A stretch of 64,000 bases of DNA from Chloroflexota bacterium (GCA_023485685.1 JAMCZK010000049.1:1778-65777), one strand, 5' to 3'. Counted from the stretch's first letter, positions 50,234 through 60,054 are shown. Notes: generated by a model not told the origin, from the sequence alone. A program made the numbers and translations.

Positions 50234-50382
50234 GTTAAATAGAAAAATCTCTTCTCAACACCAACAAAGCTGTAAGGCGCGCAAGTACTAATTTCCTGGC
50301 AATTCCAATCTTCTTCCAATGTTGAATCCCTATACTTCTGCGCATCGACCAGATAAAAAAGAAGAATGATTGGAGGAACGTA

Positions 50383-50889
50383 ATGTTGAAGAAAGTATTT
50401 ATGGGGTTGGGGGCGGTGATGGTGATGGTCTTTGCTACCGTGATGCCTGCCTTTGCATCCATTCCCGCGGAAGAGGTAAAGGTGGAAGGCATCGTGCAAA
50501 GCATTGACTTCGTCGCCCGAACCTTTACCCTTCTGACAGAAGACGGCACGGAATTCACTGTCGACGCGCCGGATGGTTTTGATCTGGCTTTGCTGACCCT
50601 CGGCGCCAAAGTGGAAGCCCAGGGAAGCAGCAACTTCGATACCGTGATCAGTGCCAGTGAGATCGAGCTGCAAGACGGTACCGAGTTCGAAGTCGAAGAC
50701 GAAACTGAAGACGTCGGTGATGACGACTCCGGCGAGGTTGAGGACGAAAGCCAGGACGACGTCGATGACGACGACCAGGACGAGGTCGACGAGGACCATG
50801 ACGACGACTCCGACGATGACGAGGATCGCAGCGGCAGCAACAGCGGCAGCGACCATGAGGATGATTCGCACGATGGTGAAGACGACTAA
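50383..50889 (+). CDS. Secreted DUF5666-like protein with Asp/Glu/His-rich tail
   Basis: Signal ..PAFA, VEGIVQSID...LGAKVEAQG, acidic tail; terminator at 50908-50940. Confidence 0.75.
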   Translation: MLKKVFMGLGAVMVMVFATVMPAFASIPAEEVKVEGIVQSIDFVARTFTLLTEDGTEFTVDAPDGFDLALLTLGAKVEAQGSSNFDTVISASEIELQDGTEFEVEDETEDVGDDDSGEVEDESQDDVDDDDQDEVDEDHDDDSDDDEDRSGSNSGSDHEDDSHDGEDD

Positions 50890-50956
50890 GGTTTGTTCTC
50901 CCTTTCATCAAAAAACCCGCCTGACTGGCGGGTTTTTTGATCCTTCATTCACGGCT

Positions 50957-51312
50957 TTACAAACCCAATATGCCGCCCAGGAAACGCTGCACCAAGTAGA
51001 CGAGGATCGGGATTAATAACGGGGTGAACAGATTGCGCAGCGTGTCCGGCTGCCAGGGCCAGGTGGGGATTTTGTGGACGATTTCTATTTCGTCCTTGAG
51101 CGCCCCCATGGCGTTCCTCAGGTCGGATATCTTGGACAGGTCTTTGCGCGCCAAGGATTTATGCACGCGTTGCTGCAAGTCCTTCATATCCCGGTTGATT
51201 TCGGAAAGCAATTCTTCCTTGGCCTCGCGCATCGCCTGGTTGATGTCGATCAGCGGGACAAAAAACACAGCTAAAACCAGGGCCAGGGTGGCGATCTGGA
51301 GGAAAATTCCTA
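50957..51312 (-). pseudogene. 5'-truncated membrane protein fragment
   Basis: FFVPLIDINQAMREAKEELL...IPTWPW C-terminal half with no plausible start or SD. Confidence 0.45.
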
Positions 51313-51351
51313 AGCGGCCTGTCTTTCGACAGGCCGCTTATGCGCACCGCC

Positions 51352-51828
51352 TCACTGTCGATTGATGGGAATGTTTGGGGCAAGTAGCAAGGTCCAGGCG
51401 GCGACGCCGATCTGCCCGTAAATAGGCTGGAAACCCGGGATGTCGCGGAATGGGCCGCCATCGTCTAACCCGGCGACCCAAAAAACAAATGAAAATACGG
51501 TCAATGCGAGTTGCCAGCCTATCTTGTCCTTTTTAGGATTGTAATCCGGCGAATCTCTAAGGTTTTTATTCTCTATCAAATACGTCCCAATCAGGCCCAA
51601 AAGGAAAACGAACCACAGCAAGGTCGAAGGCGAGTCTCCCGCCTGGGCTTCGATCAGCGCGCTGACAAAGATCCAAAAAGAGACAACCGCGGCTGGAACC
51701 AGCGCCTTGGCCTTATCCACATATTCGGTGGGTTTTGATCCTGCCGGCGGCTTGCGGCTGGCTACCCGGAACCTCCGATCTTTCCCCGGACCCTTGTCGA
51801 CTTTCGAATATCGAATGATGGTGCCCAT
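51352..51828 (-). CDS. Membrane protein of unknown function
   Basis: AAGGAGG SD; YVDKAKALVPA; 4 hydrophobic segments. Confidence 0.7.
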   Translation of the reverse strand: MGTIIRYSKVDKGPGKDRRFRVASRKPPAGSKPTEYVDKAKALVPAAVVSFWIFVSALIEAQAGDSPSTLLWFVFLLGLIGTYLIENKNLRDSPDYNPKKDKIGWQLALTVFSFVFWVAGLDDGGPFRDIPGFQPIYGQIGVAAWTLLLAPNIPINRQ

Positions 51829-52213
51829 GATTCCTCCTTTTTGGTTTCGTCAAACAAAATGCTATATATCTCACATTATCCATCAATACGCGAATTTCAC
51901 GAATAGACAAATATAACGATTTGATTGGAAGTCATCTCATAAATAGTTCTGGATAGCTTACCGATATGATTGAACGGACGGGTTTAGTCGAGTCTGGGGT
52001 TCAATGGGAAGACCAAGGAACCAAACCCGCCCCTACGATTGAATTATGGATCGAAGGAAATTTGTTTGAATCTCAAGTTGAAGTCCCGCACACCAGGAGA
52101 AGCTTTTGCTTCAATTGGTCCTCGGTTGAATCCTCGTCCCGTCCGCTGTATACTGTTCTTGCCGATCCGCACGCGCAAGGAGGAGTAACCGCAGCGAGTC
52201 TCGGGGTGGAGAA

Positions 52214-52642
52214 ATGAAAGGCCTTTCCGAACAGCGCAAGAGCCAACTGCTTCAATATCGCGACGTCTTGCGCCAGGAGTACCAGAAGAACTCTGAGGAT
52301 TTCGACAAGACCATCCTCTCGCTGGCCAGCGGCTCGCTGGGCATCTCTGCCGGCTTTCTCAACCAGATCGTCCCCGATCCACAACCAGGCACCATGCCGC
52401 TGCTGGTCATCGCTTGGGCGCTGATGGCGGCCAGCCTGATAGCCATCGTGCTGTCGTATCTCCAGGCCATCGATTGCCGCAAGAAACTGATCGAGCAGAT
52501 CGACCAGGCCGTGCAATCCCACCACGAACCGAAATGGAAAATCTCCCCTGCCGCTACGCGGCTCAGCCTGGCCTCGGCCGCGTGCCTGATCCTGGGCATC
52601 GGCTTCTATCTGGCCTTTGCCGCCTGGAATCTGTTCATTTAG
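52214..52642 (+). CDS. Membrane protein of unknown function
   Basis: GGAG SD; FDKTILSLASGSLGIS; 3 TM. Confidence 0.7.
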   Translation: MKGLSEQRKSQLLQYRDVLRQEYQKNSEDFDKTILSLASGSLGISAGFLNQIVPDPQPGTMPLLVIAWALMAASLIAIVLSYLQAIDCRKKLIEQIDQAVQSHHEPKWKISPAATRLSLASAACLILGIGFYLAFAAWNLFI

Positions 52643-52650
52643 GAGGTAAT

Positions 52651-52821
52651 ATGCCTATTCGAAAAAGATCGATCAGAAGGGCTAGGCGAATTTTCCGGGC
52701 GAAGCCAAAACCGCGCATCCACTGGGCCTTTTCCCCCATCGCCCCGCCGCCGAGTGACCGATATACCGAAGAATCTCGAAGACCGATTCGCGCGCCCAGC
52801 AAGAAGACCGACAAGGATTAG
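52651..52821 (+). CDS. Small basic protein (56 aa)
   Basis: AGGAGGT SD; MPIRKRSIRRARRIFRAKPKPR... Confidence 0.45.
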   Translation: MPIRKRSIRRARRIFRAKPKPRIHWAFSPIAPPPSDRYTEESRRPIRAPSKKTDKD

Positions 52822-52856
52822 CAAACACCCTTAGAACCGGCTTATTTTTTCGCGAC

Positions 52857-54434
52857 CTAGGGCGCACCGCGATGCGCAGAACTCAACACGTCAGGCACGA
52901 CAGGGACAATGCCTTCGACAACAGCTTTTTTAGGATAGAGCATAACTCGATTGATTATTAAGTTGGCGATGCTCTCACGAGTGGCAAAGTCAGCTTTGCT
53001 CATGGCCCGCCTATAAACTGCCGAAAGGTCTACTAACTCGGTATAGCTTATTTTCTGCTGTCCTGGCCTTTCCAGTGCGTTCTGAGCGGCTTTCTGCTTG
53101 GCCTTCAGGACATGCAATCTCTTTGAGACTTTGGCCTTTTGTTCTCGTAGTTCATCCAGTTCAATCACGCCTTCCCGATAAGCATCCAGAAGACGCTTAT
53201 CTTCGAGAGATAACTTCTGTAATTCCTGCTCAATCTTTGGCAATACACTCGATTCAAAGGTGATCGGTTGTTTCATGCGTTCAACTTTGCGATCTAATTG
53301 CTCTTTGAGCTTATCGGGATCATCTAACAACGAAACTAGGCCTGCCCATACTTTTTCATCCAGGTTAGTGTGCCTGGTGGCTACGCGTTCTTCATGTGGT
53401 TTGGTAGTCACGTTCTTATTCCGTTTAGCGGCACAGCTATAGTAGGTATTGTGGTTACTTACGTGGCCAGGGGCCATGCTGCCGCACAAGCCACAGACAA
53501 CTAAACTCCTCAACAGGTAATTATTCTTCTTGTTGTTCCGGACGGAAAGCGTCGCATTTTTCTTGAACAGTTTTTGCGCCTTATCCCAAGTCTTTTTGTC
53601 AATAAGGGGTGGCACTGGAATCCCAATCCAATCTTCTCTAGGGCGATCTGCTTTGCTGGACTTCCGGCGCTGTCGATAGTGTTTGAGCTTTGGATGCTTA
53701 CTTGGCTCAACACTACGCGTCTTGTACATATAAGCTGTGCCGATGTAGGTTTCGTTTTTCAGAATATCGTGCACACTGCTTGACCACCATTTGCCATATT
53801 TGGAGCGACTTGGAATTGCTTCTTGCTCTAGCCGCCTAGCCACTGCCGAACACTTCAACCCTTGGTTCACGTACCAGTCGAATATGGTTCGGACGATCTC
53901 TGCTTCTGGATCATCGATAACATAGGTTCCGGGGCCATCTTTGCCCTTATGGATATAACGATAGCCATAGGGCGGGTTGCCTGCCAATACCTGACCGTTC
54001 TTTACTGCGTGAATTTTTCCTCGTCTGGTGCGATCAATGATCTTGGTGCGCTCATATTCAGACACAGCCCCTTGGATTTGTAAAAGCAACTGATCCTCGG
54101 CGCTGTCACTTATGGGTTGATTTGCGAAAATCACCTGGATATTTTGTTTCTTAAAATCTTCTAATAGGATGATCTGATGTGCTTGCTTGCGAGATAGACG
54201 GTCAGGTGAGAGAACCAGGAGCGCTTCAATCAATCCTTCTGCCGCAATATCTCTTAGCTGGTCTAATCCGGGCCGATTGAGTTCAGCGCCCGAATAGCCA
54301 TCATCTAAACATTCCGTGATGACAGCATAGTTATTTGTTTTGGCGTACTCGCGCAAAGCCTCAAGCTGGGACTGGATCGTGCCTTCCCTGGCCTGGGTCT
54401 CAGAACTAACACGCGCATAAATAGCAATGTTCAT
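52857..54434 (-). CDS. Large serine recombinase (integrase)
   Basis: AIYARVSS (catalytic Ser), DDGYSG, RPGL, DRLSR, PPYGY recombinase domain, Zn ribbon CGLCG...YYSC, coiled coil. Confidence 0.95.
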   Translation of the reverse strand: MNIAIYARVSSETQAREGTIQSQLEALREYAKTNNYAVITECLDDGYSGAELNRPGLDQLRDIAAEGLIEALLVLSPDRLSRKQAHQIILLEDFKKQNIQVIFANQPISDSAEDQLLLQIQGAVSEYERTKIIDRTRRGKIHAVKNGQVLAGNPPYGYRYIHKGKDGPGTYVIDDPEAEIVRTIFDWYVNQGLKCSAVARRLEQEAIPSRSKYGKWWSSSVHDILKNETYIGTAYMYKTRSVEPSKHPKLKHYRQRRKSSKADRPREDWIGIPVPPLIDKKTWDKAQKLFKKNATLSVRNNKKNNYLLRSLVVCGLCGSMAPGHVSNHNTYYSCAAKRNKNVTTKPHEERVATRHTNLDEKVWAGLVSLLDDPDKLKEQLDRKVERMKQPITFESSVLPKIEQELQKLSLEDKRLLDAYREGVIELDELREQKAKVSKRLHVLKAKQKAAQNALERPGQQKISYTELVDLSAVYRRAMSKADFATRESIANLIINRVMLYPKKAVVEGIVPVVPDVLSSAHRGAP

Positions 54435-54705
54435 CAGAGCATCCCTTTTCTGAAAAATTTTGCGCGCATTCTAACACCATCCGATTTACCTACACCTTTG
54501 GCGGCCGTACTCCTCACGTCCGTGCGGCCGCCAAAGGCAGTTAGTTATTCGAAAAACCAACTTGATTGATCAGTAGACCCAGCTCTGCCGTCTAGTGAAA
54601 GTGGCAGAGCTGGGCTTTCACTGCATAACGAATATTCGTTTTCTGGCTAGGCCGGTTACTCCGTAATCCTAACTAGACGCCAACAGACTTAATCTATTGA
54701 CTTCC

Positions 54706-55242
54706 CTATTTCCACCAAAGAGGTAGAGGTTTGGGCACTCGCTCAGTCCTGGCCGCATAGATCTTTAATTCCCCACCTTTAGTCACATATTTGGTGACAT
54801 AGTAGAGCGCTTTGTCATAGTGCTCGATCTGATCGATCCAAGCAAAGCCCGCAGCGCGATTCCACCATCTATGAACCAGGTCGAAATTGAGCGGCTTATC
54901 TACCAGGGCATGAAAATGCACGACATCCCGTCGTTGCAATTCAATGCCCAAGACATAAGAGAAATAAGAGTGATGCACGATGCGCGTATAGTGGGACCCG
55001 AAACTTCGATCATTGAGAAGTCGCACTAAACGTCGCCAGATGTTGAACGCTGGCTCAGGCGGGATCGGGTTCTTGAACGTCAAAGTTAGGAATAATTTCC
55101 ATATCTTCACGCCGGCCAGCCAATCCCGCATTGCCTGGTGAGTTGCGATCCGACCCAAGCGGGAAGCCCACACGTCCGCCGGACTATCCGATTGCTCCAG
55201 AAGTTCTTGAAATTCATGGCTCAGGTCAGCTTCTTGTGTCAT
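54706..55242 (-). CDS. Minimal HUH rolling-circle replication initiator/relaxase
   Basis: Motif I FLTLTF, motif II ELQRRDVVHFHALV, motif III YVTKYVTK (two Tyr). Confidence 0.85.
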   Translation of the reverse strand: MTQEADLSHEFQELLEQSDSPADVWASRLGRIATHQAMRDWLAGVKIWKLFLTLTFKNPIPPEPAFNIWRRLVRLLNDRSFGSHYTRIVHHSYFSYVLGIELQRRDVVHFHALVDKPLNFDLVHRWWNRAAGFAWIDQIEHYDKALYYVTKYVTKGGELKIYAARTERVPKPLPLWWK

Positions 55243-55254
55243 GCTGCTAACACC

Positions 55255-55473
55255 TCAGCATTTTGCTGGAACAGCCTCAGCCTGGGAGCTACCCAGTTTG
55301 GCCCCTGCGTCAGCCACATTAGGGAAAGCACCTACTGCGTCCTCCTCGGGGCACTGGATAGCTGAAAGCACTAGATCAAGGATCAAGTCGTATGCACGCG
55401 CTGACCGTTCTTCTGCATCCGCAGAGGGCGTGTAGACATACTCAATGGTGAATCCCTGTTGCTCAGAGTCCAT
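55255..55473 (-). CDS. Small acidic protein upstream of Rep
   Basis: AGGAG SD; FTIEYVYTPSADAEERSARAYDLIL. Confidence 0.6.
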   Translation of the reverse strand: MDSEQQGFTIEYVYTPSADAEERSARAYDLILDLVLSAIQCPEEDAVGAFPNVADAGAKLGSSQAEAVPAKC

Positions 55474-56058
55474 TGTCCAAACTCGCTCCTAAAAGAAATC
55501 CGACTAAATTGAGCGAGAGGAAAATGGAATTTGGATCACTCGGTGGGACTGGGCACCCTCCCCGCTTCGGGGCGGGGGCCCCTCCCAGTCGCCACCAGGT
55601 AACGCAAAGTTATCCAGTGGACCAAACCCATTACGCCACTGTGAAAATGTGGCGTGTCCGCCTCGCTCCTGCGATAGGAAAATAAAAACTCTTATCGTAC
55701 GCCGCTCACCGGAATCGGTAGGGCGTGGCCGAGATAGCCAAAACTATCTATCTCCGTCGGTTAGGCAGCTATTCAATTGTGTTTGGTCTCTGAATTTTTA
55801 CGGGCTCATCCGCCTGACCAACTAGGCTGCCCGCTTGGTCGTATCGTTTGTCAGTGCACGCCCGACCTAGTAACGTGCCCGGGGTCTATATGCCCAATGT
55901 TCAGTGCGCAGATAGTAGCACAATTACTGTTTCGGAGTCAATATGTTGTCAAGGTATTGCACCCCGGAGGTTCAGAGTAGCGTTGCACAAACTCCTTGAT
56001 TGTATAATGGTGTGCATGTAAGCAGAAGGTTCTATGGCATCGCTTCGAACTATTTTTT

Positions 56059-58890
56059 CTATTTCTCCATCACAATTGTTCGAGATAAATTTTTCCGACG
56101 CAATTTCAAATAAGTCAATTCCCTCTCCGGGTCTCTGTACCCCGTAGTCTCAGTTGACATTCTAAGCTCCCCTAAGTCTTTGGATATCAAGATACCCTTA
56201 TCATCCATCAATATCGTGGAACAACTGGGGTGAACAACTATCAAAGTTATGTCGTGAGGAATAGGAGGAAGCTCGATGTGGATACTTTCATCAGCTAACA
56301 CCTTCCATTCAACTCGGTAATACTGCCTACTGACAAAATCAAACCAAGCACTGGTGAAGACGCCTTCATGTCCTGGATAAAATCTAAGCGCAAGATTCTT
56401 ATAATGATCTGTTGCATTGCCAACGCTGTTTCCCAATTCGTAAGTTTCATTGAGGTTTAAAGGCAAAGCAGCACCAGCACGAACAAATACAGGAATTGTG
56501 TCTTTCGTCGTCGGGTAGTTAACTAGCAAAGGCCCGCTGTAACACCGATTTGTCCAAAAATCGTACCAATCCCCCAAAGGTATGTATATCTTTTGTGATT
56601 GGGCTCCTTCACTAATCACTGGCGCAACGAGCAAGGAGTCGCCAAAAAGATACTGGTATGGGTGATTTTCACATTCGCGGTCATTTCCGAATTCCAGCGG
56701 TAAAGCACGCATCAAGGGGAACCCTGTCATGCTGGATTCCTTAGCCTGGCTATATATGTAAGGCAATAAGTTCATTCGCAGGTTGGCGTATTTCCTGTAC
56801 ACAGGAATCACCTCTTTATCGCCAGTGCGTTCTTGAATGTTCCATGGCGTGCGATCATTACTGGGCTCGCGGTGATCGTTATATTCAGAGTGATATTGCA
56901 TAATGGGACAGAATGTAGCCATTGCGGTTGCTCTCAAATAAAGCTCAGCAGAAGGTACCTCCCCGCTAAAACCTGCTATGTCCCAACCCCAAAAGGGAAT
57001 CCCCGAGAGGCCGGCGTTCAGGCCAGCCAAAATCGAGGAACGAAACGCCTCCCAAGTGGAATCAGCATCACCAGCCCAATGACAAGGGAACTGTTGAGCT
57101 CCGGTAAAGCCAGAGCGACTGAAAGTGATTGCGTCATCGCCCTTCTTGTCTTTTAATATTTGATGATAAGCCTGCGCGTACAGATTGGGATACAGATTCC
57201 AAATCTCAGCGCCGCGGCGCCCATCGGAAAAATGAAGATCCCTTCCCCATAGGTGCTCGCCTCCATCTGTTTTAAAACCATCGATATTCAATTCGTCGAG
57301 CAAGTAGGTGCGCTTATTCAACCACCATTGAGTTGCTTCTGGGTTGATAAAGTCCAACACCAAACCGCCCTTGAACCATGGTGGCCTCACCCGATATGGC
57401 TGGTTGGTTTCATCTTTTACACAATATCCTTTTTCAATCATATAGGTTTCATCGGTTTTATTTTGAGGGTGCACCGGGTCCACTTTTCTCAAGACGGGTA
57501 TCTGCCAAAGCAGGACTTTCAGCCCTTTTTTGTGCAATTCATGCGTCATCCCCTTGGGGTCAGGCCATTTCCCCTTTGCTGGAAAGATAAAATCCGAGTA
57601 AGAAAAATGACGATCGGAAGATTTTGGAATATATTGAGCATCATTCCATATGTAAAATGTAGCTTCATCGCTCCAAGCCTCAATTACCAATACGGTTACC
57701 GGAATGCCGAGTTCTAGTGACTGTTTCACCTGTTCTAGAACAAGTGCTTGGTTATCCCATTCATTGCTGCTCATCCATGGACCAAAAACCCAAGCTGGAG
57801 GAAGGACGGGAAGGCTAGTCAGGTTAGCAAAGGTTTCAATGATTGCCTTGGGGTCCCGATTACAAATCAGTTCATATTCCAAGCCATTGGAGTTATCCAA
57901 CTCAGCTTGAAAAGACCAGCGTCGTTTATCGGAAGATGCCAGATCATAGATGACGTTGCGAGGAGTGTCGAAATAGATCCCGTACCCATGATTTGAGATA
58001 AAGAAAGGGATTGGCAAGTAGGTATGTAATCCTTGATTCTTGTATTGCTCATAAACCCTTGTGTCGAGCACGTTACCGCGCTGATTGATAGCATTGAAAC
58101 GCTCACCAAATCCATAGAAAGCCTCATCATCTAAACATTCAAAAACCTGCTGAACCTGATAAACACCACCCCGCGCTCCTGCCAACCATTTAGCTGGCTC
58201 CTTCTCAACGAGAATAGGTTCTCCATCCAGATGACGAACCTCCAAATGATAAGGGCTACGGTAAACGATTACCTTCAGCTTGGTACTTTCAAAGAGGACG
58301 CGGTCCTTGTTTTCCTGGATGACATGAAAATCTACTCCAGCTGAGATGGAATTTAATGCGGGTTGAGTCTTAAATGCGGGGTCGTCCTTGGTCCCCGTGC
58401 CAACTTGAAAGCGCATCCTGTGCTCATCTACAACTTCAATAAGCATCTGTGCGTTCAAACCATTGTTTTTCATTGCGCAGGTCAGTTGAATAGACGAAGA
58501 TCCCAGCTTATAAGTGATCAGGTCGCCGGTTTCTTCCCAATTGAATACCTCAAACTCAAACGTTTCCGATGTGATCTTGTTTTGGGAACCAAGAGCTGAT
58601 AGCCGATATGAAATTTCACTTTTCGCATCAAATGCTGGAAGTTGAATCTTCCAATAGTCATTATCGGCTTCAGACTTATGCCAGACCCCTTTTGCTATTC
58701 CCTCTTTTCCGGTAGTTTTCACTCGCCAACTGGCTGTTACCGAATCCACACCCCCCACCGGGGTCGTAGCAACACCAAGAGTAATTCTCTCACCTGCCAC
58801 GGGGAAACGCGGAAAACGTTCTGTCAGGTTCTGTTCGTAGGGGTGTTCCAGCCCCAACGGTGTATGGGTTAAAGTTAACGCCCTGACCAC
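56059..58890 (-). CDS. GH31 glycosidase, 1,3-alpha-isomaltosidase (cycloalternan-degrading)-like
   Basis: N-terminal HTPLGLEHPY, GFGERF, FGPWMSSNEW, IEAWSDE, DGFKTDGGEH (nucleophile), HWAGD, MQYHSE. Confidence 0.85.
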   Translation of the reverse strand: MVRALTLTHTPLGLEHPYEQNLTERFPRFPVAGERITLGVATTPVGGVDSVTASWRVKTTGKEGIAKGVWHKSEADNDYWKIQLPAFDAKSEISYRLSALGSQNKITSETFEFEVFNWEETGDLITYKLGSSSIQLTCAMKNNGLNAQMLIEVVDEHRMRFQVGTGTKDDPAFKTQPALNSISAGVDFHVIQENKDRVLFESTKLKVIVYRSPYHLEVRHLDGEPILVEKEPAKWLAGARGGVYQVQQVFECLDDEAFYGFGERFNAINQRGNVLDTRVYEQYKNQGLHTYLPIPFFISNHGYGIYFDTPRNVIYDLASSDKRRWSFQAELDNSNGLEYELICNRDPKAIIETFANLTSLPVLPPAWVFGPWMSSNEWDNQALVLEQVKQSLELGIPVTVLVIEAWSDEATFYIWNDAQYIPKSSDRHFSYSDFIFPAKGKWPDPKGMTHELHKKGLKVLLWQIPVLRKVDPVHPQNKTDETYMIEKGYCVKDETNQPYRVRPPWFKGGLVLDFINPEATQWWLNKRTYLLDELNIDGFKTDGGEHLWGRDLHFSDGRRGAEIWNLYPNLYAQAYHQILKDKKGDDAITFSRSGFTGAQQFPCHWAGDADSTWEAFRSSILAGLNAGLSGIPFWGWDIAGFSGEVPSAELYLRATAMATFCPIMQYHSEYNDHREPSNDRTPWNIQERTGDKEVIPVYRKYANLRMNLLPYIYSQAKESSMTGFPLMRALPLEFGNDRECENHPYQYLFGDSLLVAPVISEGAQSQKIYIPLGDWYDFWTNRCYSGPLLVNYPTTKDTIPVFVRAGAALPLNLNETYELGNSVGNATDHYKNLALRFYPGHEGVFTSAWFDFVSRQYYRVEWKVLADESIHIELPPIPHDITLIVVHPSCSTILMDDKGILISKDLGELRMSTETTGYRDPERELTYLKLRRKNLSRTIVMEK

Positions 58891-60047
58891 GAGACTGATA
58901 TTTTATTGGTCTGTGAATTCTGACGAATAACGTCATGCAAGATTAAGTACATTGCATGCGACCAAAGCAGCGGATTGGCCACTGGACCCCACCGTTTTTC
59001 CCACATTTCATAATAGGAGGGTGATAGCAGATGATTGGAAACCTGTTCGGGTAAGTGACCAGGCTGGTCGGCCTGAGCTTCAATCCATTGTTGAAGCCCG
59101 ACCGCACGTTGCATGTCCCCTGTTTCCGCATAAAACCAACCCAACCAAGCCGCAAGCAAGAGCCACTCTCCACCGCCGTAATAAGTGTCAGCCAAATAAC
59201 GATACACTCCCCCGTGACTTCGATGCAGGTCTGATTCGACACGAGCAACCGTATCACGCATAAGCGGGTCGGAAGGTTTAAACATACGATAGGGGAGCGC
59301 GACGCCTAGTAAACTTGAATCGACTCCATCAGATGCAACAGGTATCTCCTTTTGAGTTTCCTTGCCCAGTGGCAGGAAACTTTTAACCAGGTGACCATTC
59401 TTTACCCCATGATCGATGGTGAATTGGCGAATCCTCAACAACACATCGCTCGAAGGGCCGACAAAATTAATCTTGTCTGAAATGTTTGCAATTTTTTGCG
59501 CCGAGGCAAGTCCCGAATAGATCGCGGCTAAAGTATAAGGGTGAAGATGATATGGGTTTTCTTCCCAACAGTCGTAATTGGGATAATCCCAAAAGGCCAA
59601 GAGGTATTGAACCGTTTTTTTAATACTTGAGGCAAAATCTTCGAGCAGAGATATTTCGTTGGTTCTTTGTACATGTTCGGACAAAGCCCAAAGCCATGTA
59701 CCATAACCGTCCAATTGGAAATTTAACCACTCGCCTTCCGCCTCATCACCAGACAAGGTATAGCGTGTATGTAAAAAGTCACTTTCCAGAAGTTGTTCTT
59801 TTTTATTCTGTTTCTCTAAGAGACGGTCGACTTTCCAAGCGTATTTTTGAATTGCTCTATCAATCCAATGGAAAAATGCCAGGGCACTTTGATGCTCGCC
59901 CACCAAATCCATGCTATAGGCAATGAAACTGCCATCCCGCAGCCAGCAATAATGATAGGTGGGGAAGTTTGGACTGGCTATGTAGGCTCCAGATTCAGCC
60001 TGGTTGCTCAGGATAATCTGAACGCTGCGTTGCACTAGACTATTCAT
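58875..60047 (-). CDS. GH15 glycosidase, isomaltose glucohydrolase-like
   Basis: NQAESGAYIASP, WLRDGSF, QLDGYG, DCWEE, RYLADTYYGGGEW, LPEQV, PLLWSHAM. Confidence 0.88.
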   Translation of the reverse strand: MNSLVQRSVQIILSNQAESGAYIASPNFPTYHYCWLRDGSFIAYSMDLVGEHQSALAFFHWIDRAIQKYAWKVDRLLEKQNKKEQLLESDFLHTRYTLSGDEAEGEWLNFQLDGYGTWLWALSEHVQRTNEISLLEDFASSIKKTVQYLLAFWDYPNYDCWEENPYHLHPYTLAAIYSGLASAQKIANISDKINFVGPSSDVLLRIRQFTIDHGVKNGHLVKSFLPLGKETQKEIPVASDGVDSSLLGVALPYRMFKPSDPLMRDTVARVESDLHRSHGGVYRYLADTYYGGGEWLLLAAWLGWFYAETGDMQRAVGLQQWIEAQADQPGHLPEQVSNHLLSPSYYEMWEKRWGPVANPLLWSHAMYLILHDVIRQNSQTNKISVSWSGR

Positions 60048-60054
60048 TTAGAAC

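Noticed and set aside
49408..50871. 487-aa and Ser-rich 201-aa ORFs on the - strand
   Set aside because: Antisense to two well-formed secreted-protein genes; the low complexity mirrors their GAC/GAA codons, and the longer ORF crosses a terminator.
55474..56040. Group II intron or retron ncRNA
   Set aside because: No reverse transcriptase in the window and no recognisable domain V; kept only as a generic structured leader.
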